A stretch of DNA of 64,000 nucleotides from Corallochytrium limacisporum Hawaii (taxonomy: Eukaryota; Protista; Pluriformea): NCBI GenBank assembly GCA_002811645.1, contig PDIP01000032.1, positions 1-64,000 on the forward strand, read 5' to 3'. The notes beneath the pieces are model-generated. The model saw nothing but the letters and a program-made list of their open reading frames with translations, ran no database searches and had not been told where the DNA came from. Both the position numbers and the translations under genes were made by a program. Positions 38,693 through 50,283 of the stretch are shown in pieces. Within the stretch, counting starts at the first letter, position 1, and the number at the start of each line of letters is the position of its first letter.

Positions 38693-41600
38693 TTAATAGA
38701 ATCGATTGCCCTTTAGCGGCAGGTAGTCACCACCAAACTCCTCAGCAAAGTACCTGGCGCACACGGAGCGCATGGAGTTGTGTTCCGTCCGCTTACTCAG
38801 GCTGACGCTCGCATTGTCACTGAAGTACGAACGATTGCGCACAGCTGCGGGAATGTAGACGGGCGCGCGTTGGGTGTACAAGGCAGCAAGTACGTTGAAC
38901 CACAAATCCTCGCAGTTCATGTGCTCATCGATGTACGCTTCAATGTGTGGCGGTGTGTCTTCCACGTACGCGGACAACAGGCGACGATGGACGATTGCGG
39001 CGCCAGTCAGGATGCTGTTATACGTACCCCAGCTCCGTGCCTCGCCCTCCCAATGGTACTCAAATTGGAACTGTGGTCCATCCTGTGCAATCAGTCTCGG
39101 AAAGAAACCGTATATACGCACAGGGTCATGCAGCCACGCCAGACGGGCATTATAGATCGCACTGCACGGCACCAGGATGTCATCGTCAACCAAATAGTAC
39201 GCCTCTCCGGCTTTCCTGAAGCTCTCTGGCACGTACTTTTCGGCTCGGAACTTATTGTGAAGTGAATTCTCCTCCGTTGGCACCACGACAAGGCGCTTCC
39301 AACTCGGGATTAAACCGTTGAGGCTCTCACTGGTAGGAGGGGTGTGAGTACGGTTCCAACGCTCAGCCTCCTCTGGATCCATGGGCTGCCACAGGATCAC
39401 AAACTGACAGATTGCCACGCACTGGCCATAGTGCTGGACAGTTTGAAATAGCTCATCGGTGCGGGGTGCGTATGTCTGCATTATGATGGTTAGACATTGG
39501 GTGTCCTGGAGGACGGTTGACACCCCCTCGGTGTCTCGCTCCCCCGGATCAATTTCACCATTGCCGTTCATGCCTCTTCGGCTGTTCTTGTGCTGCTCCT
39601 GCTCTCTGTGCTTCAGATCGCCGTCCTCGTCGACCTCCAGTTCAATTGGTTCGGGTTCTGGTTCGCCCGCGGCAAAGATGAAAGATCCGTCCGAGTCAGT
39701 TTTCCCCGAGTCGTTGATAACAACTCCTCTGCCTTTGACTTTGACAGGGTAACGACGCCTGGGACGCCTGCGCGGCCTCGCCAGTTCTTTCCATGGCCAA
39801 TCCCGGTGCTCGGGCAGATGGAATCCTGTCACAGTTACGTCACGCTTGAGCGTGATGAGGTCCTCTCGCTCACTGACAGAGAAGTACTCAGGGTCGTCAA
39901 ACATAAAGGGACCCCAATACATGAAGTACCATGTGATCACCACACCCGAGAACAACAGGAACAGCATTTTTCCGTAAAAGATGATCTTGTCCCGGAACTC
40001 CTCCTCTTCCATACGGTACTTCAGAGGGCTGGGCCTGTGCATCCTTCGCAGCTCCATGCGGATACCGTCGTGCTCATCCGGGTCGATGCCGCGCATCCGC
40101 TGCACCGCATTGTAGACCGTGGCGAAGCTGCGGCGCACAGCTTCAGTTGCCAGGTGAATAATGTCGAGGCCGAAGCCCAGGACGCCACCCTCTGACGTGA
40201 GGGGTACGCCATTGCTATGGTGTAGGGGGGATCGAACGTGACCGTTTGAGCCTGTGCGCCGCAGAGACAGGCTTCCCCTGGGTGTGCTAGGTCCCGAGAT
40301 GTTGCCCGGAGTAATGCGCATGTGCGAGGGCGTCGCGGCTCCATCATCGCTGTCGTCCAGGAATGGATCCTCAGACACAGATGTGGACCGTGCGCGTAGA
40401 CTGCGGGAACGGGTCCGGCCTGCAGGACGGCGTGGTGAATGAACAACACCTTCCTGCTGAGCCACATTGTTCAGTGGCTGTCGGTGAAGAGTCTTTTGCA
40501 CTCCGAGAGTTGATATGCCACCATTCTCTGCTGCATGCTCGGCCCGTGCTGACTTTGGTACATACTCAACATCAAAATCAGACAGTGCGAGTTCAGGGTA
40601 GGACATGCGCATGCTCCCACGCGGCATGTCAAAGCTAGTCAGCCCGTCCACAAGTGCCTGATTGACTGGAATGGCAAAGTACTGTGCGGAGTGCACGGCT
40701 GCTTTGACGGGTCTCAGGAGAAGCCGCAAGACGCGGTGCCTCGTGCTCAAGATCGTCATGATGACCAGAGCAGCCATGTAAAACATCAGATTGCGTGCTT
40801 CAGCTCCAGACGTTGCTGCATCACCATCCGCAAGGGCAAAAAATTGTGTCGTGGTCTGGTCTTGGCGAATATCGAGATGGTGGAAGCGTGAGTGACTCCA
40901 CTTGCCCCGGGCTACGCCATTCGCCGGACCCAGGGGTGTTTCTACAAAATCATCTTCTTCCAACACACTCACAGCGTGCAGAATAATATCTCCACCGTAA
41001 GTATTGCTGCAGTCCTGACCTGGTCTGAAGATACGGTCGTTGAAGACGAATGGTCTACCACCGGGGCGCGGGCCTCGAGCATTGTGGTCTACGTTTACCG
41101 GATTCATTGGGTGTTCCACCCAAGGTCCCTTAACACTACCGGAGCGGCTCCACAGCACATGTAATTCTCTGCTTCCGGTACCCTTCATTCCGCAGAACAA
41201 CCACAGCTTCCCGTTATGGCGCAGGAAACTGCAATCAATGTATGGTTTGTCCACAATTGGGTTCAGCCGGCGCCAATGGTACGGGAAATCCAGTGCCTTG
41301 TAGAGAGGTATCACGCCAATAGCACTGGCTTCAGGCACCATGAAAATTTCGTTGCCCTCTTGGATCACGAACGGGTAGCTCAGATGGAAGGGTTCTCGCA
41401 GCACGATGCCCAGATCAATCCAAGTCACACCACCGTCGATTGAGCGAGCCGCTCCAACCTCACCCCGCCGGTTGTACGTCACCTTCACCTCGTAAAAGGC
41501 GTAAATTGGTTCATCTGATCGGATCCAGGTACTCGGATGTTGCGCGGTGTCGTCCAGATCTTCTGCCCGAATGACCTCGGGCAACTCTCCCATCTCCTTC

Positions 41601-42145
41601 AACACTTCTTTTGCTCGATCCTCACGAAAAGTGGGCTGGAAAAGAAACGGATCCGCGACAAAATTAGACGCAACATCCATCACCGAATTACAATAAATGG
41701 CTGGATGTTCCTTATGGTACGCATGAGTGTCGATTCTACGACGACTCTCCTCCGTATCCTGCGTCTGTGTCTCATCATCTTGGAAAATGTCTGTCCCGCC
41801 AACAAGTTCCAACTGGAATGGAGATGCGCCCCGTAGTGCACTGACCGCCCATGATCCTTCAGGATCTCGCTGACATGCTACGGATGGTGTCATTAAGAGC
41901 GACCGAGGAAGTACGAATGGAAACTGCCACTGTAAGAGCAGGATGGCACCGAACAAAAACAGGACTATCCGGCTAATAATGAGCCATTTGTTTCTGACTA
42001 CCCATGCTCCAAACGAGCGACGCATGCGGGTCCTCTGTACTCGGTCTCCCAACCGCCGAAAGTCGCTCTTGGAGTCTGTGCCTGACCGAACACGGCCAGG
42101 CGGCATGGGAATCGGACTGGGCCGATGCCTGTTGTCTATTGCCAT
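38693..42145 (-). CDS. GINT1-like glycosyltransferase: GH43/32-like beta-propeller plus GT64 domain, 3 TM segments
   Basis: 'FVADPFLF', 'FHLSYPFV', 'MVPE', 'RPGGRPF', 'GQDCSNTYG', 'HHLD'; GT64 'NSLHNKF', 'VDDD', 'GFFPR', 'YNSILTGAA', 'NCEDLWFN', 'RSVC'. First ATG at 42145. Confidence 0.85.
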   Translation of the reverse strand: MAIDNRHRPSPIPMPPGRVRSGTDSKSDFRRLGDRVQRTRMRRSFGAWVVRNKWLIISRIVLFLFGAILLLQWQFPFVLPRSLLMTPSVACQRDPEGSWAVSALRGASPFQLELVGGTDIFQDDETQTQDTEESRRRIDTHAYHKEHPAIYCNSVMDVASNFVADPFLFQPTFREDRAKEVLKEMGELPEVIRAEDLDDTAQHPSTWIRSDEPIYAFYEVKVTYNRRGEVGAARSIDGGVTWIDLGIVLREPFHLSYPFVIQEGNEIFMVPEASAIGVIPLYKALDFPYHWRRLNPIVDKPYIDCSFLRHNGKLWLFCGMKGTGSRELHVLWSRSGSVKGPWVEHPMNPVNVDHNARGPRPGGRPFVFNDRIFRPGQDCSNTYGGDIILHAVSVLEEDDFVETPLGPANGVARGKWSHSRFHHLDIRQDQTTTQFFALADGDAATSGAEARNLMFYMAALVIMTILSTRHRVLRLLLRPVKAAVHSAQYFAIPVNQALVDGLTSFDMPRGSMRMSYPELALSDFDVEYVPKSARAEHAAENGGISTLGVQKTLHRQPLNNVAQQEGVVHSPRRPAGRTRSRSLRARSTSVSEDPFLDDSDDGAATPSHMRITPGNISGPSTPRGSLSLRRTGSNGHVRSPLHHSNGVPLTSEGGVLGFGLDIIHLATEAVRRSFATVYNAVQRMRGIDPDEHDGIRMELRRMHRPSPLKYRMEEEEFRDKIIFYGKMLFLLFSGVVITWYFMYWGPFMFDDPEYFSVSEREDLITLKRDVTVTGFHLPEHRDWPWKELARPRRRPRRRYPVKVKGRGVVINDSGKTDSDGSFIFAAGEPEPEPIELEVDEDGDLKHREQEQHKNSRRGMNGNGEIDPGERDTEGVSTVLQDTQCLTIIMQTYAPRTDELFQTVQHYGQCVAICQFVILWQPMDPEEAERWNRTHTPPTSESLNGLIPSWKRLVVVPTEENSLHNKFRAEKYVPESFRKAGEAYYLVDDDILVPCSAIYNARLAWLHDPVRIYGFFPRLIAQDGPQFQFEYHWEGEARSWGTYNSILTGAAIVHRRLLSAYVEDTPPHIEAYIDEHMNCEDLWFNVLAALYTQRAPVYIPAAVRNRSYFSDNASVSLSKRTEHNSMRSVCARYFAEEFGGDYLPLKGNRFY

Positions 42146-42388
42146 CACTACTTGAGATCTTCTGTCTGTCTGTCTGTCCGTGGCCACTTCTGGGCCTGAT
42201 CTATGACTTCATAATGTCTGAATACTACATAATCCATCAATAGTCATAATGTGGCTGCACTTGGCTGTCATTCGATTTGCGTGTTCTGTCCTTTCTCTTC
42301 CCGTGTTGAGATCTCGAACTCCAGACATTACCCCTGACGTAAGTCGGCCAACTATAAGATCTGCCGTAAACTAAGATCCGTCTTCCAT

Positions 42389-42413
42389 TGCTTCGGTTAG
42401 AAATACCATCATT

Positions 42414-42457
<44 letters not shown>

Positions 42458-42558
42458 NNNNNNNNNNNNNNNNNNNNNNNNNNNNNNNNNNNNNNNNNNN
42501 NNNNNNNNNNNNNNNNNNNNNNNNNNNNNNNNNTGCTTCGGTTAGAAATACCATCATT

Positions 42559-42592
<34 letters not shown>
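42389..42592. repeat. (CT)n microsatellite with its left flank duplicated across an N gap
   Basis: TGCTTCGGTTAGAAATACCATCATTG(CT)n occurs at 42389 and again at 42534, either side of Ns 42458-42533. Confidence 0.9.
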
Positions 42593-42595
<3 letters not shown>

Positions 42596-45500
42596 GCACG
42601 ACTGCACGTAAAAGACGTTGCTATCCACGAATACATACAGACTCAATCCCACCGCCCGTCCCGCGCTGACTCTCCGGTCGCTGTCTTTTGGGCAACCCCC
42701 CTCCCTCCCCATCCAGCCCCACCCGGGCACGACTATGGTTTAGGGCGAGGCAGGTGTGCGTCCAATCATAAGTGACACCAGCGCACAATGCGCTCCCGCG
42801 GAATTGAGCCACTGGCACAAGATATTTAAGCGCCAACTCGTGAGGCGTAAACAGACGGGTTCTGATACATTCACTACTAATGACTGGGGTCTTGTTTCTT
42901 GGAAAGGATCAGCAAAGACTTGCGGATAACTATGGTTTCCCCAGTACCACCTATTTCGGCCTGGTATTATTTTCCTTTTACGGGGGGCTGCGCGGGTTTT
43001 ACTGGGAGCGGACACGGAAACACTGCGGTAGTTCTGAGTATCTCTGAGTATGCGTCAAGCCACCCCCCTCCTCCCTCTCTCTCGATTTGGCATGTGTTTT
43101 CTTGGTTTCACATTCTTTAAGTGGAGAAAGTGTTTACACCCAAACCCAACACATTACTCGACTTAAGGTCATCAGAGCGCAAAGGACTCACCGGGGTGCC
43201 CTTTCCCACTCCCGTAGTGAATGTACGGGTGTTGACATAAACTGAAAGACCTAATAAACAATTATACGAATTGGGTCTCATGGCCAGGTGGTTGTGCGAG
43301 TGTCCCGTACACCGCTCCCCTTCCTCTCCCGGGACGCCTTCCCCGCCACCCCCGGCCCCGGGGGGGGGGGATGGGGGAAGGAAAGAGAGAGAGAAACCCG
43401 CTCCACAACCGAGCTCTTTTACTCATCGTCAGCCAATCGGAACGAGATCTCTACGCAATTTCTATCCAGCTCTCTACCTGGCGCTCCCTTGCAAGAAACT
43501 CTCTGGATCGAGGAGCGTGCGCCATTGCGTATCATTTGATATGTAAAATGTATTGAAAACATGAGTGGCCCTGACCCTCACCATACACACATGCACTCGG
43601 CCTTCTGCTGCTTGTGGCCTGGCTCATCCATCCTCTCCCTCTTTTGGCTCTCCATTTGGAGAGAGCACGGGAGCAGAAAATATGGGAGGCGTGCAGGCCC
43701 AAGGGTTCGCTATAGTTAGTGTTTCTTCAAAGCTTTTTGGTTCCGGATGACCATTTTTGGACGGGGCCTGTTTCAAGAAAAAAAAAAAGAGAGAGAAAAA
43801 AAGGAGACTCGTAAGCCGGGACGATTTCCGTACATACAGAACCAAGTATTTTTGGTAAAGGAACAAGAATGACAGCTTGCCGAGAGAGAGAGCGAGAGAC
43901 ACGGCGTCGACAGGGCATATGGACTATGGATTTTGTCTCTCTTTCTCGTTTTCTTTTTCGGCAAAACCGACGAATTTCTCCAAAGGATTTTTTCCCGTTG
44001 TAATTTTTTGGCTGACACGTACAAAGTCTCCCCTCTCGTTCGTCGGTTCGGGACTGCCAGCGGGGCTTCGCCAAAGCTAAGACTTTTCCCAACGGAGAAG
44101 GCGAAATCAGACTCCCGCTCTTGGCTGGGGCCGTCAGTTGACCGCTTGGCAGGCGCTCGTATTCTATAGTCAATATATGCACAGTGAGAAGCACAAGTAT
44201 CACCAGTAGGACAGAAACAGCACACGCCCCATTCCTCTGAAAATGAGTCTTCGCGAAGGAGTGCGGACCCTGTCAAGGCGTCACGGGCAATCTCGGCGAC
44301 GGACTCGGTGGTGGTGTGATTGAGGGAAACTTTGCGGGTCGGTCCCCCCCCCTTTCCCGGGACAGACGTGGCGGCAGGGATCCCTGCCGATAATGTTTCT
44401 TCACGGTTTTAGCTTGCTAAGGTATGGTGCTTTTTTTCTGAAGATATGACGACACCATCGCCGCTGTTGTGAGGGCGGAAGAAACCCCCCCCTGTGGCTG
44501 AAAGATCTCTCCGGACAGGACATATTTACAACCTATCCGTATATTATTATATGAATAACATGCATATTCATAAGACATATTACATAATTATATAATTACC
44601 GGATATAATATTACTAGTCCTTATCAGAAGACTCGGCATACGAATGCCCGCTGATAGCCTTCCAACCCTTCCCCAAGCCTCAAGGTTCTCTGATACATCC
44701 CATGTTTTCCTTAGTACTCCAACGTCGTAGCAAATGTGTGCTAATAACGTTGTCCCGTCCAGCATATCTGTGTAGATAAGGAATGGCAGAAAAAAAGCCG
44801 AGGAAATGCAAGACATTGCAACCAGTAACAAACCTGGCGACCGAACACGACACAGAGCCCCTCTTCCCCGGGGAAAGGCGATATCACGACAAGTATGTGA
44901 TGTGTGGTTAATATATTGAGTATATAATACATGGGTGACAGAAAACTCGTGACCAGTCCAGTCCCTCTCGGGAACACCAGTCTACGCACTTTCACGAAAA
45001 CAAGGTCGGCTGCTCTGGCGCAGCTCCTGGTCATCATCCCACCTGCCGCCCCACTTCCCCACTCCCCACCCTCCCCTCCTTCCCCACCCACCCGAAGCCA
45101 CCCCATTGGGCGCTCGTAATTACAGTTTCCACTTTGATTTGCGAATAGAATTTGTAGGGACCCAGTGTCTGTCGTTTTCTCGTGCCACTTGGGAACCCGC
45201 CTCGGTGCGTGAAAAACCTGGCGGCGACGGCGAATGCGGCCTACTTCATCGAAATTCTTCACCAATACGGCCCGAACAAGTTTTCATGCCTCAACTACTC
45301 TAACTCAGCCCTCTGGCCCGTCTCGCAGGCAGGTTTCATGCTCTGCCTATTGCGTGGGCAGGAACGAAATGAAAATATCTTCCCGTTTCTCTCCCACCCA
45401 ACGCCCCTCCCCCCGTTTTCTTCTCCTCGTCCGTCTCGCACTGTGCAATGGACGAGGTCCGAAGCAGAAGGAGTGACAAAAAAGGGGAAAGGGGGGTGGG

Positions 45501-46327
45501 GTGGGGGCAGATCTGGGCCGCCCCTCCGGTTCCGTGTCATTTCTTCCTTTTTTTATTCTTTTATGGGCCCGTTCGCCGGACCGGGGAATGGAAAGCCAAA
45601 GGAAATGTATGAGAAACTGAAACGGGACGTCGCACACCACCAGGCAAGGAGGGGAGGGCTGGAGAAGGGGGGGGGAAGCGGGCGAAGGGAGGAATGATGG
45701 AACGGCTTCAAAATCTTCCCCCAGTTCCTTCGATTGTTTCCTCGACTTATTCACTACTGGCCTGATCCAGGTCATTCGCAATGGCAGACAAGATCTACAG
45801 CCGCCCCGGGGGAGGGGGACGTTGGATAAAAAGAAAAAAAAGCAAGAATGAAGGAGAAAAGCAAAAAAAAATTACAGGGAGCCAGCAGATAAGCCACGCA
45901 TGACAATGCAGATCTTTGGTCGTGTTGCACAAATACTCAGCTTAGGTTTGCGCCGGTTTGAGGGAACGATTGTGGCAGTTTGGCAATTAATACTTGGCTA
46001 ACATGGTGCGAAGGCAGATAAGAAAAAGATACTGCAGATCAGCCACCGGACCAGCAACTTGCAAGCACAAAATGGTATTTGGAATGTATCGGGCTATTGC
46101 CTATGCGAATGAGCATGTAAATAATTTCATGGCAATTTGGATAAGACAACAACAGAATCGAGGCGAATAGTATAGACATTACATTGATTTGGGTAATGGA
46201 AATAGTTGCTTAGACTGGTCTACATACCAGCATTTGCTTTAGCTTTCTTGAATATTTAGGGAATAATGAAGTTGATCCTATAACAACATTAGGATTGGGA
46301 TCGTTTTCGCACCTACGTCAGATCAAA

Positions 46328-47857
46328 ATGACAGAGCAGACTTCTGCGGCTGTGTCCGTGCCAGAAGAGCAGGTACATAACGATGTCACTGAGCAGCAGC
46401 AGGAACCGGTACACTCGAGCTCACGCACCCTCCGGTCCTCTTTGCGTGGATCACGGTCCGTGACCATGAGTATGGAGCTACCAAACTACCGACGATCAAC
46501 GTCTAGTAACCCGCCCATGGTACTTGGACAAGCAAATTTACGGAGCACTGAGCAAAGCAATGTAACGACCACGACCTCAGCTGTCCCTGAGGGTACAGAC
46601 AGCACGGGACCTGTGCGTATCCAGCGCAGCCAGTCGCGGGATACTGTCCTAAGCACCGCCAGTCGAGCTTCGCAGCGCCGGGGCGTGCGTCTACAGACCA
46701 TCAACATGGCGACCTCGAACAATACTCTGCGCAAACTAAAGATATTTTGGGGAATAATGATCTTTTGGGGCCTGGCACGGGCGATTGTCTCCTCAGTCAT
46801 GGTCGGAGTGTACTGGGACGACGAGTGTGACAAGCCACTCAAGATCTGGCTGCTGGTCTACGCAATTCGGGCTATGATCAGTGTAGTATTCGTTATCACC
46901 GGGCGGAAATATGAAGAAGAAACATTGCTACAGAGCGCTGCGCCGGGCAGGCCTGATCGGTATTCCCAGAGCCACGGTCGTGCTATCCGCTCGCACCTCA
47001 ACCACATTCACGATCTCTTTGGCTTTGTCTGGTTCATCTTTGGCGTTGTCTGGTTCTTTGGCAGTGATACGTGCCGGGACACGGCACCAGAACTCTACTA
47101 CACTACCGCGGCATGGATTTTAGCTGCGTTTGGGTATCTGCTGTGGCCAGCACTGATTATGGTCCTGGCCCTGCTCTGCCTGCCGGTCCTGCTCTACTCC
47201 ATGAACCGTATGGTCGGCGCGGAAAATGTAAACGGAGCTCGCAAGTCAGAGATTGAGGCACTGCCACACTTCAAATTTCATCAGTCGATGATTGATGATG
47301 ACGGCATGGATGACAGCTGTGTGATTTGTCTCGCGAACTACAAGAACAAGGATGAACTCAGACGTTTGCCTTGTGGACACTGCTTCCATGTCAAATGTGT
47401 AGACCAGTGGTTGCGCCTTAAGGTTACATGCCCGTTGTGTGTTACACCCATCGTTGAGCGTGAGCTGCCTATCGCTGATTCGACGATTCTGGACGAGCTG
47501 GAGAATGGCACCGGAAGGAACGCGGATCCACCAGCTCTAGAGAATGGAGCGACACAAGATGATCCTGCGGCGGAAATGAGCTCATCGACTATTGATTTCC
47601 ATCGGCGGACAATGCGGGAGTTTTATGGTCCTCATGCCTCAGTGGGCCTCCAGAACAATCGCACGGATAGAACGAACACCAACGATGTAACTTCGGTCGA
47701 CGAGGGCACGTATGGTCCGGGCGGAAAAACGGAGTCGTCAACAAAGCGCAGGAGCGCATGCAGCAGTGGTGATCTATCCACTGTAGCATCCACGTCCTCC
47801 CACGAAGAGCCACGTTCAACGGACAAGCAGGACAAGGACGAAAAAGATGACGTATGA
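46328..47857 (+). CDS. Multi-pass membrane RING-H2 E3 ubiquitin ligase
   Basis: 4 TM segments with 'CDKPLKIWL' and 'CRDTAPELY'; RING-H2 'CVICL...LPCGHCFHVKCVDQWL...CPLC'. Confidence 0.9.
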   Translation: MTEQTSAAVSVPEEQVHNDVTEQQQEPVHSSSRTLRSSLRGSRSVTMSMELPNYRRSTSSNPPMVLGQANLRSTEQSNVTTTTSAVPEGTDSTGPVRIQRSQSRDTVLSTASRASQRRGVRLQTINMATSNNTLRKLKIFWGIMIFWGLARAIVSSVMVGVYWDDECDKPLKIWLLVYAIRAMISVVFVITGRKYEEETLLQSAAPGRPDRYSQSHGRAIRSHLNHIHDLFGFVWFIFGVVWFFGSDTCRDTAPELYYTTAAWILAAFGYLLWPALIMVLALLCLPVLLYSMNRMVGAENVNGARKSEIEALPHFKFHQSMIDDDGMDDSCVICLANYKNKDELRRLPCGHCFHVKCVDQWLRLKVTCPLCVTPIVERELPIADSTILDELENGTGRNADPPALENGATQDDPAAEMSSSTIDFHRRTMREFYGPHASVGLQNNRTDRTNTNDVTSVDEGTYGPGGKTESSTKRRSACSSGDLSTVASTSSHEEPRSTDKQDKDEKDDV

Positions 47858-48465
47858 AAGGTCCTCATGAACAAGCATCCAACATTCCATACCACACAAG
47901 CGCTCAGAGGGCATTTCTACTTAGTTTTATATTCCTGAATGGGTTATCTTTCCCTTGTTAACATATTCTCCATACACTATCATATTCTTAATATTTCATT
48001 TCAAGCCCTGGGTTGGACATGTTTGAGTTCTACTTGAAGAAATTGACTTGCGCGTCATTATTTGTCTACAACTTCAAAAACAAAAAATCATACACATTCG
48101 CGGTTAGCATACTGATCAAAGGGACAGAAGGTAGTGGGAAGAGTATGTCAATAGTAAGGAATCGGAGTGAGTCATGGCTGGAAAGGTGTCTTAGTTATTC
48201 TCGCAGGTGTCCCTTTGAAGTCAGGAGGAACAATTGTTAAAGATCATAGTGTGATCAGATTAATTCTAGAGCATAACGTTTTCTTCATCATCTTCTTCAA
48301 AGCACTGAGAAAAGCCAAGTACACCATCAGACACCGCAGATCGCTATTCGATGGCCACAATACCAAAACTCAAGACAATATGATGATCATTACTTACCAT
48401 TCACTTGCAAGACTACAAATCAGAGTGATGTTTTTGGAGCCCAATTCAGAATCACGGATTCCCGT

Positions 48466-49488
48466 TCAAAACTCTGGATCCGGGGGATCCTTCTCTACAA
48501 CATGGGCACCAAGCTCGCTGACCCGGGTCACCAAAATGCGACCCGCGCATTGGCACGCGTCCGCAGCTTCACGCATGGCCCGCGCCACGTGCCTTTCGCG
48601 TCGTTCGGCGCTCTTCTGTGCGTGCAGGTCGCCTTTGAGGCCAGAAGTGAAGGCCAAGATGGTCGAACCTGCGCCGGACAGATAGGCCCCGTGTGCTCCG
48701 GCATCCAGAGCCGCCTTTACAATTGGCTTCAAGAATGGCATAATGGTGGAACGCTGCGGTTGGTGCAGCGCATCTTCGGTAGCAATCCGCAATGAGTCTA
48801 AGTCGTTCGCCTCAAACGCTCTGACCAAGATGGCCACGCGTGCAATATTGAAGATCGCCTCACTGCGTTTGACATCGGGTTTCAGAAGGCCACGCGCCTG
48901 GCTCGTCTCCATACCCGCGTCCGGGACAAAGAGCACGGCCTGGACCCCCGCTGGGACAGTAACACGGAAGGTAGTCCACCGATCCTCAACATTGTCAAAA
49001 GCTCCGATCTGCAAACCGCCGTAGATTGCTGGTGCCACATTGTCTGGATGCCCTTCAATGCGGGCGGCGATCTGCAAAAACTCTTCGCCGCCCTCAACAC
49101 CAAGCTCGTGACCGGCGAGCACCAGTCCCGCAAGCACACCAGAGACGATCGCAGCCGATGAAGATCCTAAACCGCGGCTGAAAGGAATTCCGTTTTCACA
49201 GATGTATCGGAGGGTGGGGTAAGGTTTGCCGGCCAGACGGAAGGCTTCCTTGCATCCTTGGACTACCAAATTGTCATCGTCCGTGGGCAGTTGACCGGCA
49301 CCCTCACCTTTGATAATCATCTCGTAATTTTCGGCACGTTCGACAGTCAGGTAGTTCCAAATGTCCACGGAAACACCCACAGAGTCGTAGCCAGGTCCCA
49401 TATTGGCGCTCGTGGCCGGTACCTTGACCTTCACTCTGTGCCGTTCCATGTTGCCAATAGAGATTCTTGGGTCAGTTGTGCTGTTCAT
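48466..49488 (-). CDS. THR1: Homoserine kinase (GHMP family, ThrB/Thr1)
   Basis: 'VPATSANMGPGYD', 'IPFSRGLGSSSAA', 'EGHPDNVAP', 'LHQPQR', 'LSGAGST'. Confidence 0.95.
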   Translation of the reverse strand: MNSTTDPRISIGNMERHRVKVKVPATSANMGPGYDSVGVSVDIWNYLTVERAENYEMIIKGEGAGQLPTDDDNLVVQGCKEAFRLAGKPYPTLRYICENGIPFSRGLGSSSAAIVSGVLAGLVLAGHELGVEGGEEFLQIAARIEGHPDNVAPAIYGGLQIGAFDNVEDRWTTFRVTVPAGVQAVLFVPDAGMETSQARGLLKPDVKRSEAIFNIARVAILVRAFEANDLDSLRIATEDALHQPQRSTIMPFLKPIVKAALDAGAHGAYLSGAGSTILAFTSGLKGDLHAQKSAERRERHVARAMREAADACQCAGRILVTRVSELGAHVVEKDPPDPEF

Positions 49489-50283
49489 CGTTTCTGTTGT
49501 GTGTGTGTGACCTTGAAAGGTCTATCTGAAATGCTCAATTCTGTTCGTGCTTCTTGTAGTCACACTACAAAATGTTGTTATCACCTTTCAGAAGAGGAGT
49601 TTGGCTCACGGCTCGTCCTGCTAACCAGTGTTCATAAAATGTCATAGATCCCCACTTCAATCTCACATGCTCTACCATTAGTGCCCTGGTCCAAACATAT
49701 ACCCTATCGAATCCAGACTACCCACTGACCTCTGTGTGTGTGTGGGTGTCTGTATCGGTGCGTCCGTGTTTGTGTCTGTTTTGGGTGGTTGCGTGTGTAC
49801 TGGCCCTCACTCGCTCCCCTCCCCGTCTGCACTCTCTTCCTTCCTGCCCCTCCACGAGGTCTGGTTCCTACCCAAGCCAGCGGGTGTGGGGCGCAGACAG
49901 GTGTTTAACATCCACTCTCCCCCCTCCCCCTCTCTCCATCGCTCCCTCCCGGTCGGGTTGGTGGAGGGGGGTATTCGCTCGCCCCGTTTAGTGTGACAGA
50001 TAAAGAGTGAGTGTGTCCCGTTCCCGCTTTAATGCCCTGATCAACGGGAATGCAGGAGCCTTCCCCATCAACTGAACCTGCTCCGTGCTGTCCTTTTCGG
50101 ATATGGTCGTGCTCAGATGCTGCACGCAGTGGCATTGACGACATATTGGTATATCCATTAGCAAACACATAGTAACGAAAATTACTGCTTGTGAGTACAA
50201 AACAAGGAGCAATGTCTATAAAATTTACAAACTAAAGTCTCAATGTGTTGGTTATGGTAGTGGGATGATATCCGCGTGCCCTT

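Noticed and set aside
42389-42592. Direct duplication around an N gap
   Set aside because: Typical scaffolding overlap at a microsatellite; not treated as a biological duplication.
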